Shown in pieces: positions 10,335 to 22,251 of a stretch of DNA of 64,000 bases (positions within the stretch are counted from its first letter, which is position 1; the number at the start of each line of letters is the position of its first letter). The notes below the pieces were generated by a model that saw nothing but the letters and a program-made list of their open reading frames with translations, was not told the DNA's origin and ran no database searches. The DNA is taken from assembly GCA_002269645.1 (NCBI GenBank), contig NIVC01000130.1, positions 124,001 to 188,000 on the forward strand, read 5' to 3'. This DNA is from Macrostomum lignano (Eukaryota). The translations under genes and the position numbers were made by a program.

Positions 10335-12539
10335 GATGCGTTGATTATTGTTTAAGCACTGCTATAGTTTTCTGATTTAGGTCCAATTTTCAATTTTTTA
10401 TGTCGTATCGTGTGCGTCCAGTTTTGGCCAGTCTTTTTGAGCCGCGCCGTTTTTTGATTATTGGTTTGTTTCTTTTTTTGTTTCTGGTTGCTTAGAATCA
10501 GTTTTTTCATTTGGAGCGCAGTTGGTGCAGTTATTTCTTATCTTCATTTCATGCGCAGGTGCGAGATGGCGAAGTATGTCTTCGTTTTGCAATGTTAAGT
10601 TTAATCGGAATTTTCTGTTGAAGTTATAATGGTGGAGGTTTTCTAACGTAAGTCTACTTTCTCCGAATTAATTTACAATTGCGAATTCAAGTTAAATTTT
10701 TAAAGGTTTCTATATTTTTCGTAATGTTCAGCACTCGTAGTTTTGTTTCAGTTTGCTATCTTTTTGGGACGGCACCCTTTGTTAGATGCATTTTAATTAT
10801 TTCTTTTGTGACTTTTGGTGGCGGGTTATGAAACATCTTCTCCTGTTGTTTTGAGCTTCCGCGCTTCTCTGCGGATATTCCAGGCGTTGTATGTTCTATG
10901 GTCATAGTTTTGTTTTTGTTGCTGCTTGTCAGGATGGGGGGTGTTGGCAAGAGATTTTTTGTTTTCATTTATATTCTTTTGTTTTCTGTTCCTACCGTAC
11001 ATTGTAATTATACTCGTACATGTACTTTTACCCAGACGCAATAACAAAATTTGATTTGAAGCCTACGACAGATACGAGAGACTGGCAGTTATACATTGTA
11101 ACTTGATGAGGAGAAGATCGAGAGGAATTGTCGGCCGGGGCCGGCACAGAAAAAGGAAGAAAATGTAGGTGCACCACTGCAGGTGCCACCCTAGAGGACA
11201 TTCTGTTTCTCAAACTTAGCAGATCTTGTCTCTGTGCCATTCTTATCAGATCTTCTCAATCTGCTCGGTTCTTGCAGGATCTTCTAAGAAGGGAGGTACA
11301 TTTGTTTTGTCATTCATTTGGCCAAAGTGTTCTAGCTTTATAATTTTTTTATTTTATGGGAAAGTGGGGTACAATAAATTTAATAAAATATGCGAAGCTA
11401 TTCAAAGATATAAAAGCTAAGATCTTGTACGATGTAGCAATTAAGTCGCCCAGATCTGGTAAGTTTACCTCAGTATTATCATAGCGAAGATCTTGCACGT
11501 TCTTGCAAGTATACATGGATGTACTTGCGCAGCAACCCAAGAAGATAGATAAGAGATGTGTTAAGAATGAACAAGTCAATGTCTTCTAGGGCAGCCAACT
11601 GCTCAACGGCTCGTTGCCCCCGGTTGGTCAGAAGTCTGCCGTTTATTTTTATGTGCTAAACAAAATTGCAATCAATTACGAAAAACTTAATATATTGCTA
11701 GCGAGCGGGCATGAAATGAACATGCAAACAAACAAAACAGGCCGGGACTGCGTGCTAGGCAGACGAGAGAATAGAATAGTAGTATTGGGAAGCCCAAGCC
11801 AATCAACACACGTACGGGTGCTCGCAATGACTTTCTTACTGATCACAATATGTTGGGCGTCTATTGCATGGTGCCCTAGCTGCTGGAGGCCGGCCTCGAT
11901 CGGTCTTGTGTTTAGCAATTTGGAAAATAATGCAAAGTTAAGGTCTTATGTAGTAATTTAATACGTTGATTGCGTTGCTAAAATACATTTAAGTATTCAG
12001 GAGCAATAAGCAAACAGTATGGGTAATGGTATCCAAAAAACAATAAATTGAAAACAAAGTTCTTTTGAACGAGTTTTTCGTCAATAATAGTAGAAGGAAA
12101 TTAAGACAAAATGTACTAGCGGAATTAGTAATTATTATTAAAAAGTAAAAAAAAGTTATAAAAATTGTGGAAGTTTAAACAGTTAATTTCAGTTTTTGCG
12201 CTAAATGAATATATTTGTAATATACTGTCATGTTTTGAAAAGCGATTTAAAATTTTCGATTGCAAAAATAATGTTTTTTATAAATTGAATAAATAATATT
12301 TAATTTACCCACCAGTCAGCCCTAGGATACCGTGCTTCGTGACCTTTGTCCATTCCTACGATTCAGGCTCAACAAGAGTTTAAGCTTACAGCTGCTTCTG
12401 TATCGTTAAGAGCATGTCCAACAATTTATGGGGGCGGCCTGTACGCTGTACTAAGCCTTTCCAAAAGCATTGCCTGCCATAGATAAAAATCTTTCCAACA
12501 AACAAGACAAAAATGGGCCGAAAATATATTGCAATTTTT

Positions 12540-12601
12540 TAACCCCAGCTGTCCGAAGGGGGGAGGTCATGCCTCCTTGGCTCCAGCTTGATACGCCACT
12601 G
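12540..12601. mobile_element. Isolated hAT-like MITE end
   Basis: Ends in ...GATACGCCACTG (reverse complement CAGTGGCGTATC), related to the TIR of the 13341-13592 MITE; no partner end was found. Confidence 0.3.
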
Positions 12602-13340
12602 TGTTCGGGATAACAAGTTAAACGAATGTGTTTGAATTGAATTTAAGTCCAAAATTGATGTCAGTTATTATTTTAATAATTAATTACATATATATTTTTA
12701 GTACCTGCCATTTTAGCATTTTACTTAGGCCTAGTTTTCTTTTTAATATCCCAGTTTGCTTTTTAGTGCCAAATTGCTCCAAGTCTATGTCTATTTATTA
12801 TCATCTTCATATAAAGTCCATTTAAATATATTTTAGAGCATTTTAGTTCTGGATAAGTATAGGGCCTAGTATAGTCTTAACAATGTCAATGACAACAGTG
12901 ACAATATTAGTACCAAGAGTTTTATAACTATAAATAACAGAAGTTATATTTAGTACAGTTAATTTTATTGAGCATTTTATAGCATACTAATGAAACAATT
13001 CAAGTAAAATATTTAATAAAGGTATAATTTAATTAATATAGTTTATTTCATATACTCATACATGTGAACATGTCCTTATTAAATGTATAAGTAGCTCATA
13101 TACATTTTAATTATATTTTAATTACTGTCTATGCCTTATATTATAGGTTATTATATTAAAAATTAGATAGGCCTAAGTATGATCAATTTCTATCTAATTG
13201 CTTAATCCTTTTAGATTATTGTCTTTAAGTCAAAAATAAAAATATATATGTAACTTAAAATTTGTATAGTTTCTAATTGCTTGTATACATGAATTTTTTG
13301 ATTTAGTAATTTCTATAAATATATTCGTACATAGGCAACC

Positions 13341-13592
13341 CAGGGGCATAGCCAGAGGGGGGGCAAGGGGGGCCATGGCCCCCCCCCCAATCACCAACTC
13401 TGGCCTTGGCACCCCCCCCCCCCCTAAAAGAAACTGCATGGCGCCCCCCCCCCCCCCTATAAGAAACTCGCGCCCCCCCTATAAGAAACTGGCGCCCCCC
13501 CCCCCCTATAAGAAACTGGCACCCCCCTATATAAGAAGCTGGCGCCCCCTAACTCATGCCCCCCCCAATCAAAATTCCTGGCTACGCCCCTG
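13341..13592. mobile_element. hAT-type MITE with C-rich internal repeats
   Basis: TIR CAGGGGCATAGCCAG / CTGGCTACGCCCCTG (14 of 15 match); perfect 8-bp TSD AGGCAACC (13333-13340 and 13593-13600). Confidence 0.9.
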
Positions 13593-13626
13593 AGGCAACC
13601 TCCAAAATTTAGTTGGCCATGCCACT

Positions 13627-13892
13627 CATACATGCGCAACTGCTGGCCGACCTGGCCGATCTGGCCACCGTAAATTGTGGTGGACCAGGGGTAAGTCGCA
13701 AAAATTCCCACCCTTAAGAATACAGACATAGTACTAATTAGATGACGAGGCATTTATACCTTATAAGACAGTCATAGTTACTCCTGCCGTTTACCCAAAA
13801 TTGCGTTAGGGTTTCTTTTACAGGTAAGTCGCATTTTTGGTCAAAAAGTAAGTCGCATGGCCAGTGTAAATCAGGGGGGTTGCGCATGTATG
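13627..13892. mobile_element. MITE of the CATACATGCGCAAC family (8-bp TSD: hAT or P class)
   Basis: Perfect 14-bp TIR CATACATGCGCAAC/GTTGCGCATGTATG; 8-bp TSD ATGCCACT (13619-13626 and 13893-13900). Confidence 0.9.
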
Positions 13893-14667
13893 ATGCCACT
13901 TAGTTTTAACGAAAAATGCAATGTAGTTTTGGCCAAAAATGTGACTTACCATGTCCACAGTGCAACTTAGCTCAGTCCTGCTGCAACTTAGCTTGCTCTT
14001 GGTGCAATTTACCTCATCCTCAATGCGACTTAGATTGGTCTTGCTGCCACTTAGCTTAGCTTGGTCCTATTGGGACTTAGCTCTCCCTCAGTGCTACAAA
14101 TTATAGCACTTACAACTCTGTGTTTTTTCTTTTTCTCTTTGCTCCCTTTTTCTATTTTTCCTTTTTTTCCTTTTGTCTTTTGTTTCTTTTGTTTTTTTTG
14201 GCAGTTGATCAATTTAGCAACTTACCTTGGTTGGCTGGATTGGCCAACTTGGCCAATTGTTGCACATGTATGTCTATAAATATATCATATATTGATTAAA
14301 AAAAAGAGAATAAAAGATTTATCTCAAGTTTTTATGATTGAGCTCATAGATACTCATAGCAAATAGTTTGATCTTTCATTTAATACATTGCATTTGAGCT
14401 AATATGAAAATAATTAAAAACAAAATGATTTTTTCTTTATTGTATAGTTTTTATCAAATTAATCAAACCAATCTTTCCAATATTGAAAACAGGCAAGGCA
14501 TATCAACTAAATAGAATTCATTATAAATTTTCAATGCATGACAAATTTTCAGATGTAAATCTACTAAAAAGTTCTTATATTGTCAACTGATAAATTTACT
14601 GTTGTCTCTACTTTTTTTTAAAAGATTTGTGTTCGTACACAGAAATTGTTGCAGTGTCAACAGCCCC

Positions 14668-17600
14668 ATGAGTTTCCCTACAACATCTCGATTTCAAAGC
14701 AGCCACTACTTGACTAGCAATGCTACTGGGCACAACTACAGTCGCCATTATACTGGCAGCAGTGGAGCCTATTCAAATTTAAATCGCTACCCAGCCTCTG
14801 GAACTGGCAGTGCAGGTCGCGCCAACTTTAATAATACTACCACCACCTATGGCTCAAGCTATCAGCCAAACTATAGTCACAATCCAATAACAAAGGTACC
14901 TGTTGTTACAGCTACCAGAGGTCTCATGCCTTCTAATAGCAGGCCAACTTATCGATTGCCTCCAGATCCGCCATCGATTAGTAGAAATTTGGATCCTCTG
15001 CACAATTCTAAGCCTCTGCCATCAACTCCCCCGCCGGCATACAAAGATGCTATTGCGTCCTCGCCAGCGTCTACTCTTACTGCGGCAGCTACTATAAGTA
15101 GTAAGACAGAAGAATCGCCAAGTTCTACTAAAATTGGAACTTTCGATATTAGTCAGCGACATCGGGGCGGTCGAGTTGGCTTATCAAATTTAGGCAACAC
15201 ATGCTATATGAATTGCATTGTGCAGTGCTTGAGTCACACTAAGCCGCTGCTTGAACTCGTGCTTGACTGTAAAGATGACCAGGGGCTGCCTGACAATGGT
15301 CCGGTGTCTGGACCGTTCAAGTGAGTTGATTTGTAAATTTGTATAAAATTTAGTAAAAGGATTGATAATCTAGTCAATCAAGGATTAGGAGGATTAGAAT
15401 GGATTGCTAATCTAGTCAATCAAGGATTAGGACGATTAGAATGGATTGCTAATCTAGTCACTCAAGGATTAAGGTTTAGAGTGGATTGCTAATCTACTCA
15501 ATCAAGGATTAGGAGGATTATATAATAGATTGCTAATCTAGTCACTCAAGAATCGGGAGGATTAGAGTTGATTGCTAATCTAGTCACTCAAGAATCGGGA
15601 GGATTAGAATTGATTGCTAATCTACTCAATCAAGGATTAGGAGGATTAGAATGGATTGCTAATCTAGTCAATCAAGGATTAGGAGGATTAGAATGGATTG
15701 CTAATCTAGTCAATCAAGGATGAAAGATTAGGAATGAAAATGAGTGCGCAATGCCTATTGAAAAAGAGATTTAGAACTTTACATATAAACTAATAAACAA
15801 CGTGTTTATATTTAGCGCACACGTTCTTGTATCCCGCCGATCTCAAACCGCCTCAGGCGTCTGCTCAAAGAGCTCTGGTCGCCGGACCCGGTCTCGAGTT
15901 ATGCCCGGCCGAGCGAGCTGCGCGTCAGCATGGGTCGCTACGCGCAGAGATTCTCTGGCTACGGGCAGCAGGATGCAGGGGAGTTCATGCGCTTCCTGCT
16001 CGAGGCTCTGCACGAAGACTCAAAGCGGAACAAATCCACTGGACGGAACAAATACTCTAGGATACAGCCTATTGACTTTGAAGAGTTGGATAAGCTAAGG
16101 TTTTTGCCAAAATTAATACCCAAACCAGTCTATGTTTGTTCCAATCTCTTCAATGTTTGATTACTCAAACTAGTCTTTGTTCCTACCTCTTCAATGTTTG
16201 ATTACTCAAACTAGTCTTTGTTCCTACCTCTTCAATGTTTAATTACTCAAACTAGTCTTTGTTCCTACCTCTTCAATGTTTAATTACTCAAACTAGTCTT
16301 TGTTCCTACCTCTTCAATGTTTAATTACTCAAACTAGTCTTTGTTCCAACCTCTTCAATTTTTTATTACTCTTAACTAGTCTTTGTTCGTTCCAATCCCT
16401 TCAATGCTTGATTCTCAAACTAGTCTGTTCCAACCTCTTCAATGTTTGATTACTCTCAACTAGTCTTTGTTTTTTCCAGTCTCTTCAATGTTTGATTACA
16501 ACCAGTCTTTGTTTGTTCCAATCTCTTGAATGTTTGATTACTCAAACTAGTCTTTGTATCTTGTAATTGATTAACTTAACGTTTGCGTGTACATAAATTT
16601 AAGCATCACCCTACTTTTATTATACACAGTGACCTGGAAAAATCTAAACTACTATGGGAACGATACATATCGGTAGATAGCAGCCCGATAATTGACATAT
16701 TTGTTGGCCAATTGAAATCGACTTTGGAGTGCTGTCACTGCGGACACAAGACCACCACGTTCGATCCGTTCTGGGATCTATCTTTGTCAATTCCTCGGGT
16801 AAGAAAGTCAATATTGTATTTTTAAGTTGATGCGCAAATTTTTCTAACAAATCTTACTACTTTACTTATAGTAGGAATATAAGTACAAGTTACTCAGATT
16901 TCTGTCTTGGCTGCAGAAATGCATAAATAGAAACAAGTCTGCTGTTTTCATCACACCAGGGTCGATCAACGGATCTGCAGTCCTGCCTGAAGCTGTTCAC
17001 CTCTCGGGAGACGCTCGAAGGAGACGAGATGCCAACCTGCGAGAAGTGCAAAGCGAGGCGCAAGTGCGACAAAAGCTTCAGCTTGTACCGATTGCCCAAG
17101 ATTCTGGTTGTGAATCTGCTTCGGTTCACTCGGGAGGGATTTCGAACTAAGCTGGATACGCTGGTGGATTATCCCTTTGACCTGGATTTGACTCCCTTTG
17201 TCGATGCAGGTGAGTCTGCACTTTTTCTCCGTGATTTCACCAGCCTCCCAGATCCTCAGTAGCTGGGCCAGCCTCCCAGATCCTCAGTAGCTGGGCCAGC
17301 CTCCCAGATCCTCAGTTGCTTGGCCAGCCTCCCAGATCCTTAGTTGCTCTGCCAGCCTCCCAGATCCTCAGTTGCTGGGCCAGCTTCACAGATCCTCAGT
17401 TGCTCTGCCAGCCTCCTAGCTAGAGTGTCAGTTGCTGGGCCAGCCTCCCAGCTAGAGTGTCAGTTGCTGGGCCAGCCTCCCAGCTAGAGTGTCAGTTGCT
17501 GGGCCAGCCTCCCAGCTAGAGTGTCAGTTGCTGGGCCAGCCTCCCAGCTAGAGTGTCAGTTGCTGGGCCAGCCTCCCAGCTAGAGTGTCAGTTGCTGGGC

Positions 17601-18291
17601 CAGCCTCCCAGCTAGAGTGTCAGTTGCTGGGCCAGCCTCCCAGCTAGAGTGTCAGTTGCTGGGCCAGCCTCCCAGCTAGAGTGTCAGTTGCTGGGCCAGC
17701 CTCCCAGCTAGAGTGTCAGTTGCTGGGCCAGCCTCCCAGCTAGAGTGTCAGTTGCTGGGCCAGCCTCCTAGCTAGAGTGTCAGTTGCTGGGCCAGCCTCC
17801 CAGATCCCCAGTTCCTGGGCCAGCCTCCCAGCTAGAGTGTCAGTTTCTGGGCCAGCCTCCCAGCTAGAGTGTCAGTTGCTGGGCCAGCCTCCCAGATCCT
17901 CAGTTGCTGGGCCAGCCTCCCAGATCCCCAGTTGCTGGGCCAGCCTCCCAGACCCCCAGTTGCTCGGCCACCTTAAAAGACAATCATAAGCTTCAAGCAC
18001 TAAGCAGCTTTCCAATTTCACACTCCAGAAAGCAGACAAGCCAACAAATTTGGCACTCGTTATTCACTCTACGGAGTTAGCGAGCACTCCGGCACGACCC
18101 TGTCCGGTCACTACACGGCCACGGTGCGTCACGCCTACGATCGCAACAAATGGATGGCCTTTAACGATACTCGCGTGTCGAACAGTACCGCCGAAGCAGC
18201 GGTTAGCTCGCTGGGCTACGTGCTGTTCTATGAAGCTGTCGATAGCTCTGCTCAGACAAATGGCAGTGTGGCCTCTGAGCGGGAGCCTTGA
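14668..18291 (+). CDS. USP2: Ubiquitin-specific protease, USP2/USP21-like, 5 coding exons, about 525 aa
   Basis: Exons 14668-15320, 15857-16099, 16630-16798, 16960-17209 and 18029-18291, all GT-AG and phase-consistent (1578 nt). Cys box GLSNLGNTCYMN, QQDAGEFMRFLL, DIFVGQLKSTLECCHCG..FDPFWDLSL, CEKC zinc finger, His box HSGTTLSGHYTA and WMAFND. The symbol means USP2-like; orthology was not tested. Confidence 0.9.
15358..15725. repeat. 42-bp minisatellite in USP2-like intron 1
   Basis: Unit GGATTGCTAATCTAGTCAATCAAGGATTAGGAGGATTAGAAT, about 9 copies. Confidence 0.9.
16120..16560. repeat. About 41-bp minisatellite in USP2-like intron 2
   Basis: Unit TTGATTACTCAAACTAGTCTTTGTTCCTACCTCTTCAATGT, about 10 copies. 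Confidence 0.9.
17240..17970. repeat. 32-bp minisatellite (with shorter variants) in USP2-like intron 4
   Basis: Unit CAGTTGCTGGGCCAGCCTCCCAGCTAGAGTGT, near-identical in the array centre. Confidence 0.95.
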
Positions 18292-21200
18292 TTTGAAGCG
18301 CACAGACCAACTTCGCGCACTTTTTTTATTCGTAGCACTTACTAATTCTTGAAAAAATCTTATCATAATACTTACTTTAAAAACGGGTTTTAAGTAGTGT
18401 AACAAAATGTAGACAGTATTTTCTTATTGTAACTATAAAAACTAGTATAGTGGAAAAAAAACATTTTTTATCGTACTACTTACTTTGAAACGTTATATGA
18501 GTAGTGTAATAGAGCATACGCAGTGTTTTAGGCACGTACTACTTACTGTGTCAATATTTAGGTAGTGTAGTAATGCATGAACGCTATCGTTATTTTAAAA
18601 ATCGTTTTGCTTATTTGAAAGAAGTTTGTAATTAGAGTCGTTGGAATATTGGCAGTTTTTGCACATTAGGTGGAATCTCATCGCTTCCAATTTTTAAACT
18701 GTTTTTATTCACAAACTTACAGATGTTTGAAGAGTTGATGTTTATTAAAAAATTAAATTGTGTTGTTATTTTATTCGCACAATCAGATTTCACTGGTGCA
18801 CATGAGTGCGGTCTTTATTTTATTCTTCTGCTTGCTTGTTATACTCTACCCATGATTTTATTCCTATGTCTAAACCTCTGTGATTTTAACTTTCTAAAGT
18901 TAAACTAGATATAACAAAACTTATTTTACTTTTTTTCATTTTCGGATCGCAGCGTCATGAATAAAATCTGTATATTTTGATCTATCCAGTTCTTGAATTG
19001 TTTTGATTATCAGCGATGGTATTGAAACACACCATTTTCGTAACCTGGGCTTAATGATTGCTTGTTAAAAAGATCTCAAACCACGAAAAAAAATTTATAT
19101 GGGATTTTAGCTTTCTGTCACGTGGATACACAATGGATTGCTAATCTAGCTAGCATAGTTACGGATTGTAAAACAATTTAGTTTTTAATACTATATGTCA
19201 CTTTTTAACTTGCATGAATATAGCTATCTACATGTGCTGATACTCATTATTTAAAAATGAGATAATTTTCTTTCTATAATTCTGTTTTAATCACTGGTAA
19301 ACCACCTCGTGCGCAAGCCTCTTGTGGTATTGAAGTAATATAGTAGTAGTAAGTTTGTCCGCTGTTGAAGTTTAGCTCATACATTTTGCTGCTTGTTTTC
19401 CCTTTTTTGTACTACGCACAGTATTCATCGATGATGTACTGTAACTCTTTTTGTAACTTTAAAGGATAAAAATGTGTGCTTGCTTTGACTTATTGTTTAG
19501 ACTGCTTGTTAATTTTTTGCTTAAATGATCTGCACAAAGCCTCGTTTTTCTCTTTTTTATTTCATTTAAATTTATATATCGCTATCAAAAAGTTTTTGTT
19601 TGTCTGACTTTATGAATGTTCTTTGCAAATGTTATGTTTATTTATTCATATTTTAATATCGTATTTTTTTCGTGCTGCATGGTTTTTAAAAAAATGGTTT
19701 AAATCATTAAAAACAGAGACTCGGAAAAATCGATGTATTTTTATTGCTAAAATTTAAAAATATTTTTGTATCTACAAAAATAAAATAATTATTCAATGAA
19801 AAAACAGCCATTTTCTGCTAATTTTCGCTCCTTAAAAATGTGCCTAATCGTGGTTGATTGTAGACGTCTTATTTAATTTCTGTACTTTTTCTCTCTTTGT
19901 AGGCGTGATTAGGCTAGGTAATAATTTCTTTATTGCAATCAAACTTTGGAAGCAACATTCGACTCGAAACATTCCAAGAGGCAAGCAAGCTATATAAGAA
20001 AGCACATGTACACAGATACCTGCTCAAGTACGAACTCGGGTTGTATTGTGGAGGTTCTAGGTTTCTTGACTGCTAGACATTTTTTACTTGTACGTCAACG
20101 AAGTGTTATAAAACTCACGAAACAGTCGCGGTCAACGGATGCTAGTTCATTTTAACAAAACATGCAAAAGAAAAATTATTCATTGATTTATAATTTTATA
20201 GTATTAACAAAATACTTTTTTACATACTTTTAGTTGCGTGGTCATAGCTTTTTAAATATTTACAAACATGCGTAAGCACTCTTTTTCGAATTGCTCTTTA
20301 ACAGTTGTTTTTTGTGTAGCTCGGCAAGCATTTCTTTCATTGCAGTAGCCGCCCGCGGCGCGTGTAGCGTTATAGACCTTGTAGTTACAAGCATATATGT
20401 TATATATTAAAAATATATCTTCAATTTTTAGATAAAATAACAAAACGTTATAAAAGAAATCTAAACTTTGTCTTAAAGCTAGACTTTTCAGAGTAAAAAA
20501 TCACGAAGACAGGTTAGCTGTTAGTCACTACCACTAGTCAGCAATGCCAAAAGGCCTATCCAAAATTGCAAAATATGACATCCATAAAAACCACATAAAA
20601 TTGCACTTTTTGCTAGGAGTGAGCTTCTTATATAATATAAAATAGTAGTAGTCACTTAGTTAAAAATAATATAAAGTGAACAAATGAGTTCATTGATCAT
20701 CAATGAGGCTATGCTGATTGATTTTTTGCGAAAATAGGCCTACTTCAAAACAGTAGAACCAAAACTAAAGAATGTCACAATTTTAACTGTGTATAAAAGG
20801 CTAGGCATTGTTCATTTAGTTATAATTAAAATTTTGATAGGCCTAGAAATTGTGTTCTCTTATTTCATTTATTCATTCGCTTCAAAGCCAATAGGCCTAC
20901 CTAATAGGCCTTTCCTTAGACTTAGAGAAAATAATTTCTTTTATCAACAAATATAAAATTCTCATTTTTAACTTGGCAAGTACATAGCTATTGCATATGC
21001 ATTGTATTTATACTATATTTTTAATTGCTTTTCACATATAATAAATCATGTATTCATGTCCTTGGCAATTTCTAATGTCAAGACAAATATCAAATTAAAA
21101 ATAATTATTAATCTTTTTAATCATTTTTATAGATCAATTGGGCCATAATGAACAACAATAATGACAATATAAATCAAGAGCCAAAGTTGGTTAATATAGA

Positions 21201-22251
21201 TTTTTTCTTTTTCATTTTTATAATTTTATATTACAACAAAACTCAACTTAGGTACTTTGCTTAAAGAATTTGTTTATATTATCAAATTATGTATTATTAT
21301 ACTATATGTTTACTATTAAAATAGGATTTAATTAGTAGATTTTTAATAAATACTTATATCTGTTTATTAATATACTTAATATTAAGTATATTATTTTATA
21401 TATAATATATATATATTCAACTATGACAATATAAATCAAATAAATTCTAAGATCCAAAAAATATTTATAGGCCTACTAGATAGTATGGCTATAGGTCAAA
21501 AGGTGATAGTAAAATGGTGACAATCTAATTTTGTTTATTTCAATTATAAGTTCACATGTATTAGACTTCTGTGTTCAAAATATATTTAAGCCTAGATTTG
21601 TATAGGCATATTTGTTAACTTTGTTAAAATTTACAAGTAGTAATATTAATTTGCGATCTATTTTATAATTCTTAGCCAACTATTAAAAAGCTTTATGAAT
21701 ATTAATAGACCAATAAGAAAGGCAGAACATATCAAAAGGTGAGCATTGACTCATTGAGTCTAGACTAAAATCAAATAACAACTTTCTATGCTAAAAATAA
21801 AAACTTGCTATGTCCATTAATGTTTTTTGAAAAAAAAACTGTCTCAAAATCTTCTAAGAAACAGGGTTTCCTGTCCTTTAATACCTGAGTATGCATTACT
21901 CATATATAGAATGTCAATACAACTCTAAGATGTACATTTTAACTACTTGTACATTTTAAACAAAATATTTTAACAAATATACATTTTGACAAATATATGC
22001 AAGTCTAATACATGTGGACTAGAAACTGGTTTATTGTTGCCCTTTTGATCTGTTGCCCTTTTGATTGGTTCCCAATAGTTTTAGTATTTTTTATTTAATA
22101 TTTAGTGTTTAGTATTCAATGAGATTGAGTTCATTAAAACTCTAATTCATTTTGTTTAAAAAATATTTTTTAAATTTCATGTCACTGGATTTGTGGCCAA
22201 GTCCTCAATCTTGTGGGAATCTCCTCACACATAGCTATATTTTGCCAAGTC

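Larger units (their letters stand above)
13326..14272. mobile_element. Outer non-autonomous TIR element (CATACATGCGCAAC family) hosting two nested MITEs
   Basis: Degenerate ends CGTACATAGGCAAC and GTTGCACATGTATG. After removing the inserts, its left part matches the reverse complement of the right end of the 39844-40140 copy. It is flanked by a 13-bp direct repeat TCTATAAATATAT (13312-13324 and 14273-14285). Confidence 0.75.

Noticed and set aside
10756-11579. Possible LINE remnant on the minus strand (..MYTCKNVQDLR..KILAFI; YNAWNIRR)
   Set aside because: Only a vague resemblance to a LINE C-terminal Cys/His region and an endonuclease start, in the wrong order, with no RT motifs; it needs a translated HMM search.
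15358-15725. Telomere-like GGATTAG repeats
   Set aside because: Not (TTAGGG)n; part of a 42-bp unit.
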